This document shows positions 24,738 through 38,132 of a DNA stretch of 64,000 nucleotides, one piece after another (position 1 is the first letter of the stretch; each line of letters begins with the position of its first letter). The stretch covers positions 1,550,001 through 1,614,000 of the forward strand of contig NC_081333.1 of assembly GCF_022539665.2 (NCBI RefSeq). The letters run 5' to 3'. Source of the DNA: Daphnia carinata. Lineage: Eukaryota. The translations under genes were made by a program, and so were the position numbers. The notes under the pieces were generated by a model. That model worked only from the letters and a program-made list of their open reading frames with translations. It did not search any database and was not told the origin of the DNA.

Positions 24738-27700
24738 TTTGCTGATTTTTTTTGTTGTTGTTGTCTTTGTGTTGGCTTTCTTCTTCAGTCTGCCAATTGG
24801 GAAGTATCAGATTTGCAGTCGGATGATTAGCTCACCCCACTTTCTTCTCGTTTTTCGAATTCCTCCCGGCTTCCGTCACGGTCGATCTATACACACAAAA
24901 ATCGACTTGGGTTATTCGGTTGCATAATTCCACCTGCTTGTTTCTCAATAATAGAAACGTGTCTTCCCTTTTTTAGTCTAAAGAAAAACAAACCACAATG
25001 TCTAGACAAGAATTCAAGCGATATGAAAGTGAAAAATCGAGAAAGCTTAACGAAATTTTCAAATGGCGTACGAGCTGATGGATTAGAAATTGACTTGTTG
25101 TTTTTCCCGTAATTGTTTTTCTTTTGCCTTCCGTCAGACAGATCTTCCAATACATAATCGGCCAACTTTGATAGATAAAACTGGGAAAGTTCTGCACCAC
25201 CGCAGAGCTTATACCCGAGGAAATGGCCCCATTTCTTTTCCGCTACAATTTACTGCGTAAACAGGCTGGAATTTAAGTTTAAAATGACTAAGTTGCACAT
25301 CACGATCTTTTCGACGGCACGCACAAGTCACGCCAATCGACTATTGATTAGACACGTGCCACTAGTCAAGGATTAAGCGGGCGATTCAAATAATTTCGGT
25401 CGCGGTCTCGATTAGCATCCAGTGAAAAAAAAAAAAAAAGGGGGTTTCACGAAAAGTCACAAATGGGTTAGGTGAACAAATGAAAAAAAAAAAAAAGGCT
25501 TTTGCTGTCCTAATTAAATGATCCCCTATCGTTTTCTGAACCATCTCGACTCATGGGGGTATTTTTCTTTAACCAAAAAATGTTCAACTTTCTTTTATTT
25601 CTCTTTTGCCAAAAGATCGAAAACTTTCTACACGTTTCATCGGGCGATGACGTCTCGGATGGCACACGATAAAAACAAAGAAGATGGAATACCTTATTTT
25701 ATTCCTTGGAATAACATGGCCTATTTGGCATTCAAAAGGAAATGAAGTGACGAGTCACGGGAAATTCCATTTGACTTCCTTTTCTAATTTTTCTTTTCGT
25801 CATCCTCTTTTCACCATTTTAATGTTTTTGTTTCAACATACTCCTAGTTATCTTTTTCCAGATAATTATGTCATTTTTCAAAAGGGATTCATATCCTTTC
25901 CGTCCCCTTTTTTAGTCTTCGTGATTCATCTAGCACAGGAAGGCAACACGGCAGTTAACCCGAGCATCTAACGCTCAATTTGCAATGAGCCTTGTACAAA
26001 CGTTTCCAGGTCGGCACCGATTCGAGGGGTTCGTTATACTTTGTTTGCACAATGTCGTTTTTTTTTCGATTGTGTTCCAAACCACTTCAAAAGACGGCCT
26101 TGGGAGAAGAGGCTCTAGCAGTCATTGACCTGAACTTTATCAAAAAAAGAAGAAGAAGCTACGATAATGGCTTCAAAATGAAGACGTTTTCAAAAATGCG
26201 AACAACGTCCACCTGAAGAAGGTTTGGTATTTCTTTTTCGAAAGAATTCACGTTGGAATGCACCTTTTCTAATGGGTTGACAGTATATATCGCCACGTAA
26301 TAATAATACCGTTGCTTTCCATTCCTTTAGCGGTTCGTGAACACGTACATAATTCGATGCGACACTTGTGTGTGTGTGTGTGTGTGACAGATGGGGAAAG
26401 GTCTGCGCAAACCGTCAAAGAAAAGTTGGCCATCGAATGTCTTCCGAGAAGAACGGCCTCCAGGTTAATTACACCTGACGCCACTTGGAAAAAAAAAACA
26501 ACTTATATTTCCATAACGATCGAGTGAAGGTTAGCGTGCGGCCTCGTTATTTTCCAAGGGTCCTGCTTGTCAACTTGAAGTTGTTTTCGATAGAAGTAGA
26601 ACAACAGTCACGTTACAAGCGTGAAAAAAAAAGAAAACGATCGCAGTGTCATGTTCAGTTGTTGGGTACATAAAAATATGCCAGACCTGTTGACATAACA
26701 TGGCAAAAAATGTTCGAAGATGATGGCCCCTATTACAATTTCGCTACGGATATCGACAGTTCATTGTTCCAGTATACGAAGATATCACTGAAAAATTGAT
26801 GGGCCAGAATTGCTTGGGCTTTCTCATGTTTCCGGGTTGTGTTTCAATGCATATAATGATGGATGAAACAGGAAACCTATGGCTGTGGGAGACTCGGATT
26901 TATACCTGTGTATACACAATCAGTGAAGCAGAGAGCTTCCCCTTCTGGTCATTATAATATTTCTTATAATAGCAAAGCAAACTGGCTATTATTACACTGC
27001 GCATGTGATACACTCTCTATAGGAAAAAGGGGGGTAGGTGTAGGCCAGATGGCTATAAAAGATTCACGACGATGACCAAGAAGGCAGATGGCAACTGCTT
27101 CTCTCGTGTACTTGTTCATTTAAGCTATAAAGATTAAATATGAAAACTGAAACATCAGTCGCTCGTGTGTGACTCCGGATACGAGAACAATATCGTGAAC
27201 AGGAAAGGGACGATTAAAGGAGTTGCTTGTTTTCATCCGTCCAACTGTTGCAATGGAATTAAAAAAAAAAAAAAAAAAAAAAGGGGGAGCAAAGTATGAA
27301 TCAAACAAACCTGTTGCCACAGAAGACGATGATGGTTTTGCACTTGGCGGGCGAATCCCAACTGTCTCCGGTACGCACGTTTCACGCACACACAACACGT
27401 TGCAAGAATCTTTTGAAAATGAACGGAATAAACTCTCACGGTATTTTTGGGGTTTCGTGTTCTGGCGAATTTTTTTTTTTTTTTTGTTGTTTACTTCTTG
27501 CACTAAAAGTCTCACTCGCAACTAACGCAATTTCACATTGGTTACTTGCAAGTAACAGCTGACGGCCAAATTTCAAGTAACGACCGTAGCACTCGTGCAG
27601 GTGGTAATAACTGCAGGGCTCAAAACAGAAAGCGACACCTACACAACGGGAAAACAAAATGTTGATTACAACTGGGCCAGGTGATGTTCGACGTTTGTTG

Positions 27701-29507
27701 CGTACTCACAAGTCAAGAGGCCGTCAAGTCAAACAATGAACGTTGACAAAAACAAAATTGAGAACGGAAGACAAGGAGAGAAGAAAGAAATCGCCATCAA
27801 TGACGTGCGTGCACCGTGTAGCACGTCTGAATAATGCAACAGTCAGTTGATGATGTCATGACGGACATTGGACAACGACACACAGACAAAAAAAAAAAAG
27901 AGACACTTTCACGTGAATTCTGAACGCACTGCAATCACACGATAAGATGATTCAAACTGAACGGACGTTGTGTGACGTTCCTGAGTAGCACTTTTTCTTA
28001 AAATTTTTCCCTAATTAAAAACTAAAGATTTGTCTTGTCGCGAAGACGTTTTAGCGAGCGCGTTGTGTACGGCTCACCACTCGTTCAGGTTTGATCATCA
28101 CAAGTGAAAATTTCGAGCCGAAAAGGAAGAAGAAGAAGAAGAAGAAGGAAAGAAAGGAATAAAAAAGGTAAAATAAAAAAAAAAGCCTCTCAAAAAAAAA
28201 AAAAAAAACCAAAAACAAAATGGAAGACTAAAATTGCCGGAGGCGATCTTTTGCCGTGAGCTCAAGAAGTTGAATGAAGACGGGAAGGAGCGGTGCACCG
28301 GAGAAGGGTCGATTTTTGATGGTTGGCGTTGGCTGGTAAACTGCACAAGAAGAGGAGGAAAAAAAAAAAACAGCAGTTGTCTCTTGGGTTCGTTTCCAAA
28401 TATTCGCTTGGTTCACCAAACTGGCAGGTGGTCGACGCCAATGCGAACGGGTTCTCTTGCCGCTCGTTGAACCACCGTCTCTCAGGTACATGAGGGAAGA
28501 CAATTTTCGAAAGAGGGGGGAGTTGTTTTGAAATAATAATAAAAAAAACTGCTGGTAGGCGGGGTTTGAAGGGAAAAAAAAAGGGAGAATGAAAGAGAGA
28601 CGGAAAGCGCAAAAATACAATTTAGAAAAAACATTAAATTATGGGGGAAAACGTCTGCAAAGTCCGGAGTGTTTGAGAAAGAAAAAAAAAACATACCTGG
28701 AAAGAGGCGCTTGTGTGTACGTTTTCTAAAATTCTAATACGAGTCATTGCTCTTTGTACAGTCAGCCAACATGTTTAGAATAGACTTGACCTGAACGGGA
28801 GAGAGTCAGATGACCAGTCACACCTGAATTACCTGTTGTCCGTACCCACACACCGTCCATCCATAAGTTGGTACACTCGTAGAACCAGAGCGCGAGACCG
28901 TGAAAAGAAATCATTTTTTCTTTTGGAAATATGTGATTGCAATCATTTGTGCATTCACAAAGTTCCATAGCTAGGTGAAAGAGAAAGGTATGGACTAGGC
29001 TCCCTTTTTTAATGTGTTTTTTTTTATACCTCACCTACGTCATATGGTTTATCATTTTGAAATTCTGAAGGTTACAACAGGTGGTCATGGTCTCACGCTA
29101 TCTCGCATGCGAGATCCCATTCAAATGCTTTTTTCTTTTACCTAATCGTTTTGATTATACCTGAAATCTTTGCTTGAAGAAAAAAAAATCTCAGCTTCCA
29201 GTGAACAAAAACGCTGTCCTTTTTTTTTTTGTTATTGCGTTCCTTTTTATTCTACTTTTGAATGAGGGATCGCAGAGATTAACCTCAGATGATTACATAG
29301 TTCAAAAATTTCAAAAATAAAAATGTGAAGGGCCATTACAAATCTTTTCATTTTTTTGGAGTATTATTTACATTCTTTTTTCTCTTTCTTCTAGACGTGT
29401 GTGTGTGTGTAAAGGGAAAACTAGTCTCAGAAAAAAAAAAATAACGGATGAACGTGAATGGAGGAATGTCGACAGACATCGTGTGCGAAAACAATGCTGG
29501 TACTCAC

Positions 29508-30186
29508 GAACCGCTTCCGGCAGCTAAACTAGGACAGTGTGTACACACTAAAACCAAAAATCTGAGTAATAGAATGAAAAATCTAAGATGGCAGCAAAAC
29601 TTAAATAGCTATAGGCAAATGCAATAATAGGGATCTTTCTGTTCCCGTTTTGCTATTGGAATTCTTCGAAGGGGAGCCGGGGTAAGACGTGGGAAAGTGC
29701 ACTGAGATGAGTAGAAAAAATTGCCAGAAGGAATTTGAACAAAACAAAAAAGAAAATGGAAGTCACATAGGCGGATGAAAGTGGGGGGTGGGACATCTGG
29801 CCTACACCGGATGTGGGCGCGATCCGAAAGGGACCGTATATACGCAGCGCGGCAAAATAAGAAACGAACAGGTAGAATAAAAAAAAGAGTGGGAGGCTAC
29901 AATATTTCCTTTCGTCGTGTACGTGGTAGCAATGCTTGTGAAAAAGAAGAAGAAGAAGAAGAAGAAGAAAAAGGCGAAAGAATAAGAAGAAGGAATGAAG
30001 AAGAAAAAAAAATGGAGAACCCCCAACGGCTATCAGCGCAAGCAAGTCTGACAGTCGCTTGCTCGTTATAGTACATCGCTGGTGTTTGTGTGAGAATCTC
30101 CTACTCGCATTCGCTTCTCATTCCGCCAACAGCTCGCAACATAGATTGCACCTCCGACACGCCAAAAAAGCTCAGGGTAACGAAGG
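29508..30186. promoter_or_regulatory. Candidate compact bidirectional promoter between the two ABCG genes
   Basis: A minus-strand donor GTGAGT at 29507-29502 and a plus-strand donor GTAAGT at 30187 (acceptor at 30345, just before ATG 30371) imply short non-coding first exons pointing away from each other. A (GAA)n purine tract lies at ~29941-30010. Confidence 0.4.
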
Positions 30187-30370
30187 GTAAGTAATGTTTA
30201 ACATTAAACATCATTTTCTGAATATCTGAGGTGATAAAAGTTGAACGAAAATTGGGATGAGGGTAACAGTTCGTCGGCCTTTTAAATCTCCCTATCGACT
30301 GATTACACATCGCCATCCTTTTTATTTTTGTTTATTGTTTCTCAGTTGACCCTGCCGAAGAGGCAGAGAA

Positions 30371-33230
30371 ATGTCACGACTTCACGTTACCAACGACTAC
30401 GTGCTAGAACTCAACAATGTCTATCACGCAGGACAGGTAGATTTTTCAATGTTCTTGTGCATAAACACAATTATTATCTCTTCTTTTCTTTTGTTTTCTC
30501 TCGTTATCCTAAACAAAACACAAAACAGATGGAGGCCTCAACATGTTTGGAGAAGATGGTCGGCAATAGCTCAGTGGGCGTCGTGTTGAAGGACGTTTCC
30601 CTGGAGGTGCACGGAGGAGAGTTAATGGCCGTCCTCGGCTCTAAAGGTATTACATGACACGCAGATGTTAGATTTATCGTTTGCGCTTCAGATTGAAATC
30701 TATACGACTTGCACGATGGCGTCAGAAGGTCTCGCTTTGTTGATTTCTATCCCGCAAGTCGAATAAAAAAGAGAGAGAAGGTGTAACGAGGGATCCGCAA
30801 ACAACAGCCGACGGGCATTCGTGACGATTACGTATCCTCGTTCCGGTCTGCTTATTTAGCCAATGACGAGATCCTTACGAAATCGGCTCATCATCGTAGA
30901 AAGCGAGGCATCAAAAGAACGAAGGGGAAAACAAAAAAAAAAATATTCTTTTTTAGTTCAGAGAAATTTTCGTTGAGCGCATCGCTTGAGATGGGCGACC
31001 GCTTATTAGCATTTAAAAACGATGATGGATGTCTGTTTAATCATGCTTTTAGCTTTCGCTTTAATGAAGTGAAACTGAATATGAAATAGTCGATGTTTAA
31101 TATTAAAAAGAAAAAGAACATTTGCGTTTTGGTTTCAGGTAGCGGCAAGAAAACGCTGCTGGATGTGATCGCCCGCCGGGCGCAAGGACCAACTCGCGGT
31201 CAAATTCTGTTGAACGGGGTAACATTTCTTTTCGTTTCGATTTATCGATTTGCTCTGCGTGTTTTTTCTATCGTTTTTGTTCATTGACTTCGAACAGGTT
31301 CCCATGTCGATGCGCTTGTTCCAGGACAGTTGCGCTTACGTTGGCCGCAAATGCCATCTTTTAGAAGGACTGACTACTAAACAAACTCTGTACTACGCTG
31401 CCCATCTTACCATAGGTGAAAAATAAATCATAACGAGTAAAAAAAAAAAAAAAACAGGGCATTGAAATATGCGCATAATGTATTGCCCAACATTTCGAAA
31501 CATTAAACGAAACTGATTTTCATTTTTCATCGTAGGTTCCAAAGTGTCCAGCTATGTCAAATCGACTCGAGTGAAACAGGTTATGGCCGACCTGGCTTTG
31601 ATTCACGTTGCGAATCACGGCGTTCACTCCCTCAACCAGAGCGAATACAGACGACTGGCCATTGGCATTCAATTGGTAATCCTGTTTATTAAATTTTTCA
31701 AGTTCGAACTTTGCCTTTTGATTTATCTTTTTTTGCTTCTCGTTTGTAACCGTTCAAGCTACGAGATCCGGTTGTTATCTTGCTGGACGAGCCAACGGGC
31801 GACCTGGACCCACTACACACATACATGGTTGTGTCGATCCTATCAAATCACGCCAAAAAGTACAACCGAATCGTCGTCCTCAGTACGGAAAAGCCCCGAT
31901 CAGACATTTTCCCATTTCTGGATCGGGTGACTTACCTTTGCTTGGGAGACGTCGTTTATACGGGCGCCACGCGCATGATGTTGGATTACTTCCGCCACCT
32001 GGGATTCCCCTGTCCGGAATTGGAAAATCCGCTCATGTTTTACCTGTGTTTGTCCACGGTAGATCGACGCAGCCAGGAGCGGTTCCTGGAATCCAGCAAT
32101 CAGATTGCCGCTTTGGTAGACAAATTTCGAATGGAAGGGCGGCCGTTCCGCAAGTGCGCCGTCTCCTACGCCGATCAAATGGAAACGGAACATCGGTTGC
32201 CTTTGACAGCCTACGGACGGCCAACGACGACGCAAGTGCTGACCAATCTCATGTCACGCGAATGGGCCGTCCTCTGGAATTGCGGATCGCCCATTGGGCG
32301 TGGCCAATTCTTTCTTCGTTTGCTCCTCCTGCCCGTCTTCTTTTTCCTCCTGTGGATCTTCTACTACGAATTACCACTAAACCAACAATCATACGCTTCA
32401 CGGAACGGACTCCTCTACAGTTGCCTGGCCGGCACCATGTTCCTCTCGGTCGCATCGACTGTGGCCGTTCATCCGGCGTTGCGGACGCGCTACTACCAAG
32501 AATCGAGGGACGGACTCTACTTCGGGCCGTCGTTTATCCTCGCTCGCAGTTTGGCCTCGTTGCCTTTGTCGATGATGACGGTAGCGGCCGGATCAGCCAT
32601 CATCTACTTCGGCATGCCCATATCGACGAATCCGTTCCAGTACCTGCTATTCGGCTCAACTCTGTGGGCCGTTCACTACTTCATGGAACAGCAAACGATG
32701 GCTCTACTGATGCTTGTCAAAAGCTCTTTCAACGCAGCGCTGACTTCCCTATTCCTCGGCATTGTCTACCTGAATGTGGGCAGTGCTATGGTCCGCGCTG
32801 TACCTGGATTGCCGGATTACCTTTATTATCTCACGTACGTCACTCAGTCCCGTTACGCCGCTGCCGTTTTAAATGAACAGCATTTTCGCAATTTCTCGTC
32901 GTTACCGTCCGTCCTTAATTCGACTCTGTCCATCCCGTGCCCTTCCGGAACCACCTTCTCTAATTATGGTAAAAAAAAAAATTCACAAGTTTAATCGTTT
33001 TTTTCTTTCCTTTATTTCCTAATTTGTTTGAAATAGGCTGTCGCTATTCCAACGGAACCCACTATCTGATGGAGCGTTACCACCTGACGCACCCGCCGTA
33101 CGACGATGATCTGCGTTTTTGGCTCAACTTTGGGCTCAACTTTCTCTTCACTGGGGCCATGTTCTTTGCAAACATCATTTTGCACATTGTACCGCTACCG
33201 GCCTTTGTTAAATCAAAGTTCCGCGGTTGA
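30371..33230 (+). CDS. ABCG5: ABCG-family half transporter (ABCG5-like; resembles Drosophila CG11069 type), ~641 aa
   Basis: Exons 30371-30436, 30529-30646, 31139-31218, 31298-31415, 31536-31675, 31759-32968 and 33037-33230 give 1926 nt in frame. Motifs: LKDVSLEVHGGELMAVLGSKGSGKKTLLD, ILLDEPTGDLD, GFPCPELENP, then a hydrophobic TM domain ending PLPAFVKSKFRG*. The symbol is an orthology-group label. Confidence 0.92.
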
Positions 33231-33367
33231 TCCTTCTCCACATTGACGCGATATATCATATATTATTTTGATCGCCTTTTGTAAAGGACGTATTACTGTA
33301 CAAAAATGAATGTCTGTTTATACATGTATTATTACCATAATTATTATACACGAAAATTAAAAACTGA

Positions 33368-33427
33368 TTCATTAACGTTCATATCGTTCTTGCAGAGTTC
33401 ATTAACGTTCATATCGTTCTTGCAGAG
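33368..33427. repeat. Perfect 30-bp tandem duplication between the convergent ABCG5-like and GIPC 3' ends
   Basis: TTCATTAACGTTCATATCGTTCTTGCAGAG occurs twice, at 33368-33397 and 33398-33427. Confidence 0.95.
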
Positions 33428-34378
33428 TTTATCACGCGGAATACAAGTCAATGCTTTGTATTTCAAACGGGTACAGCATTGAAATACGAAAGACGTAACG
33501 ACACACGTATAAGAAACAGTAAAAGGTATTTTTTTTTTCTGAAAGAGGACACACATGTGCGCCCAGATGTCGTCATACTCGCCTATTATTCTCAGACATA
33601 CATTCGTTTTTTTTTTCTTCTCGATTTAAGAAACATTTGGTGAATGTTTAAAAATCTTGCCTATTTTTCATACATGGTAGATTGCACTCAGTTAATGTGG
33701 TAATAACAGCTAATAACAGGACTTTTTGAATGTTTTTTCTTGGAATGGTGATTTAGCATGTTCCCTTCTTGCTTTTTTCTGTCAGTTTTAGAAAAGATGC
33801 TAGACGAAAATATGTTACATACACACACGCCCAAACACGCACATACACACATAGAACACTATTAATAATTATTAGTTTTTAAAGAATGCAGTACCCATCG
33901 TTTCGCTTTTTCAAAAAGAAAAGCTTTGACATATTTTTGCATCAATGAATCAGCTCAAGGATATCCACTTCCAGGCGGATGCTTCATACTCGCATCAAAA
34001 AAAAAAAAATATATAACTACTATTAGCACAGTGGGAGAGAGAGGGGGGGGGCATTATTATTTTAGTTATTTGATATTATGGAAATCTGAAATCGACAATC
34101 ACGACTACGCAGGAAAAAGGGTGTAACGAAAGAAATGCCAACACGAGTATAGACGATGTTAGGCGTTCTTTTCTCGGGTATTAATTGCAGGAACGTGTTT
34201 TTTAAAACAATAATAAAAATAATTATTATTATAGGGAAATTAGGTCTGTCGGTATATAAGTTGGAATACAAATTATTAAATGGTCTGGAATGCGGGAAGG
34301 TTGGTTTCTCTATTTGGTTCTTTATTGTTTTGTCTTCTTCTTCTCTTGGTCTCCATTTTCTTATATAGTCACGAGTTT

Positions 34379-37300
34379 TTATTTCCTTAATCGGCCGGCT
34401 TTGGCGTCCGTGATGGCGCCCCACAGTTCGAAAATGAAGTCATCGGTGAAGCCGAAAGCTTCTAGGTCGGAGTTGTCGATGGCTTCGGCGAAATCCATGG
34501 TATTTGTCTTCTCCTGGCCCATCTCCCATATTTGGGTTGCTGTTCATGCATTTATTTTTTGGAGAAAATAAAAACATTTTTAAACTTGAAATAAATAATA
34601 ATTTAATCATTTTTAAATGAATTACCCAAGTCTGCGTCGTTGATGCCCATGAAACTCTCCAAGAGGCTGTTGATTTTTTCAACTGCTGCTTCAACTACGC
34701 TATCAGGCTGCATTAGAAAAAAAGGGGACGTATAAACAATGATTCAATAAAAGACCCAATAACATTTCGTTGGGATTTATTGTTTAATGGTTAGTTAGGT
34801 TCAATTTTTTTTAAAGTTCCCATTTTAACTTTAGTGATTCTCAATGGCCACCCGTGTCGATTATGGGAAATTTCCCTTCATTTTACTGCAAAAATTGTAT
34901 TTTTTTCTATAGTCCTTCTTCTTTTCCATTTTAGGAAGGAAAACCACAACGGATCCATCCACCACCTAAAACTCCCAGCCTTTTTTTTTTTTTTAATATC
35001 TATTCATTCTCTCGTTACTCCTTTTCGTTCCTCATTTCTTCTCTTTCATCGTTCTCTTGCTCCCGGTAAAATAAAATAAAAAATACAACTAAAGTGCGTT
35101 AACACTGGCAATAGCCAGAAATATAATAGGGAGATAACAAGAAAGAACAGCGTGAAGGCCACGCTTGGAAGTCTTCGTCTATGCCACCCTCTGAGGTCTA
35201 TTATTACAGTATGTATTTTTCTTTTCTTTTTTAACGGCCGAATAACGAATCACCGTCCAGTGCCCCCTTTTCCCTCGAATGATCATCGTGACATTAAATT
35301 CTCAGTTCCAGGGAACCGAAGGAAAAATACCTCTAAAATAAAAATGAAATTGTTCAATCAATAATACTCACAGCTTCTTCCACACGAGCTGGCCCGTTAG
35401 CTCGTAGACGTAGTGTCTCTTTGCCAGAACCGTACGATTTCTTGGCCGTTCCAGGATTCGTTCTGGGTCCAATGTTGGCTACGACATTTGAATTTTCATT
35501 TCCAGAGGGTAGACATAGAAAAATGGAAATTAAAAATTAAAACTTATTCAGAAGACGCGTAGTCTCGTTTTTTTTTCAAGAGATGGTAACATTCGATAAG
35601 ATCGGGGGCCTCATTTGAAAACTAAAAAAGGAGAATTACAGAATCCGGCCTGGAGGGGTTCGACGAGCCGCATAATGAAAGTGGTGCCTTTCGGGATGTC
35701 CTTCAGCATCTTGGCCACCTCGTAGTGACGGCATCCCACCAAACTGGTTTGATCGATACGCTCAATGTGGTCACCGACCTTTTAAGTATTTCAAAATTTG
35801 CATATGAGTTACACATAAAAACAAAAATGGCTTCTACTTTTCTTTGTGTTTGTTGCACCATTACGTCAGCAATGAATTGTATATACAAAATTCAATTACA
35901 ATCTGTCACCCTCGATTGTTTCTTAGATCATTGTTGCATGTACTGTTGAACCTCTTGTTGATCAAAAATGCGAACAAAAGATAGCTATCAAACAGACGTG
36001 CATACTAGACAACAATTTAAAACAGGTTCGTAAGAAGCCGTTAGCTAATTTCCAATAAAACAAGCAAACTGGAACATCGGAATTCATCGGGAAGGAAAAA
36101 GAAATGATAATCACGTCCGAGTTTTACGTAACTACACGTGTGTCGCTACCGAACCAAACGTGTAGGACACAAACAAAATAAGAAAATAGCTTTTAAACTA
36201 CCGCTTTTGAAAAGGAATGTGTAGATATCGTTCTAATCCACCGCTGTTAAAATGCCTAAATACCAAGGCTGAACCTTGAGGAGGGGAAAGAAAGGAAAAA
36301 CAAAACTCGGTAAAAAAAGCCATCGTGATAACGAAATCCCACCCCAAATCTTCACGGTCCGATTGCTCAATTGCCGTGGGTTTTCAAAACGTAGATTATG
36401 CGGCATTCAACGATATCATATTGACGTCATCGCAGCTTGAGCGTTCACGTGCCTCGACATGTCGGGCATTTTGGGTCTACCGTTTTTCTATTTAGGTCAC
36501 AAGGTTGCTATGAGAACAATACTTACATTGATGTATTTCATTCTGTCGATGATGCTGCCTTCTTTGATGCGTTTAATGAAAGCGTAGCCGGCCCCGTTAT
36601 CGGTGATAGTCAAACCAAGGGCGTCTTCACTTTTCGTAATTTCAATTTCCTTTGGTCGTCCTGTTTTGTTTTCAATAAACAATTGATCAACGTTCAACTG
36701 TTGACATTGAAACTTCTTTTTACCTTTTCTGTGAGCGAAAATGAAGTCGTCGAGCCCGATTTGTCCGCCAAGCAACTTGTTCATGTCGACTTTGTGGGTG
36801 TTGAGCGTGCAGAAAAGGATCTGTTAAAATACATGCGCACCTTTATTTAATGGAAACTCGTGCGTCAATCACACATAACCCTCGCAAAATACCGCGAATA
36901 GGACGAAGCATTAACCTTTAGACGCCCTGTAGGCTAATTGCATTTTAGACAGTATATCCACAGGTATGGGTTAGCAACAATCTGATTACCATTTCAGTTT
37001 GTTTCTTACACTCCACCCTCATTCTCAGCGCCGACTGTTTGGAAAACTGCCCAATGGAGAGAGAAACAAATGAAGGATGACTTCGATGGCGTCGTTAAAT
37101 CGATGCCAGTAGGGGAGAAGGAACGAAGACTAAAAACGATTCAGGGCAAACAGGTAACAAGAAAAAGAAATACTATTCCACGCTTGCAGCGTCAAAACTT
37201 TGGGCTGACCGAAGCCACGTAAAAGCGGAAGAAGACTCGCAGTTTAAATGTATTTGAAAAGGAAACGAAAAAAAAGAAGCCTTTTACAGGCCTAAATCCT

Positions 37301-38132
37301 GTAGTCTGTCGATTGACGTTAACAGGAAGACAAATGGGCCGTATACATTCGGAATAAGTGTTGTTTTACGGTAGAGGTGGGACGGTCTGTTATTGCTCAG
37401 CGTTGAAAGGAAATCCCAAAAGAATCGGCTTTAAACATTTTTCTATATGGAATAAAGCCGTATCATAATGTTATTGCTTTTGGCTCTTTTACATCTAAGC
37501 AGCTCTTTTTTCTCGAGTTGATTGGACCCTTTGGCAATCCTAGTGAAGGAAATGTTTGAACTCTATTTTTCCTTCTTTCAGTCAGTCACGGCATCCCAAC
37601 TGTCCCCTCCAACAACGAAAAATAATTCCCCTTTTAGCTGCTGGCCTTCCTATCTTTTTAAACTTATGATAAGAGTTTTTGCTATGAAACACCCAGTCAA
37701 AAGATAAGGTTTTATGGTAATAACGTATATAGCATAAAAAGCCGAAAAGAAGGTACTCACTTCGGCCGGTTGGATGTCGTAACATTCGGCAATTTTCTCG
37801 TAGAGCTCTTTGACATTAGTGAAGCCCGAGATAAGTCCAGTGGGCGAGCCATGGGCCTGTTGACAATGAAAGACCAATTTGGGTTGCGTGACTTTGGCCA
37901 CAGACGCGGCGCTGTTACTACTCGTTGCCGGGTGATGATGACGCGATGGTGTGGACGGTGGCAGCGAGTGGTGTCCGTTAGTGGGTATAGGAGGTAGTGG
38001 ATGATGCGGATGGCGTCCGCCGACCGTCTCTTCCATCAGGGAAGACGATCCGTTGCTACCGCTGTTGTGGTGATGATCCGTTTCGCCCGTCACGTGACTG
38101 ACCGGTTTGCGTTTCTTCGAGAACAGCGACAT
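34379..38132 (-). CDS. GIPC1: PDZ domain-containing protein GIPC (Drosophila kermit ortholog), ~363 aa, 7 coding exons
   Basis: Exons 38132-37761, 36820-36724, 36660-36527, 35778-35640, 35478-35372, 34707-34626 and 34539-34379 give 1092 nt in frame. GH1: [26 protein letters not shown] and [45 protein letters not shown]2: [14 protein letters not shown] and [22 protein letters not shown]. Confidence 0.95.

Noticed and set aside
27120..30071. Phe/Lys/Glu-rich ORFs in the ABCG intergenic region
   Set aside because: Artefacts of poly(A/T) and (GAA)n tracts.
31938..32876. 312-aa alternative-frame ORF overlapping the large ABCG5-like exon
   Set aside because: Non-ATG start, Arg/Pro-rich composition typical of an off-frame read of GC-rich coding DNA, no recognisable motif.
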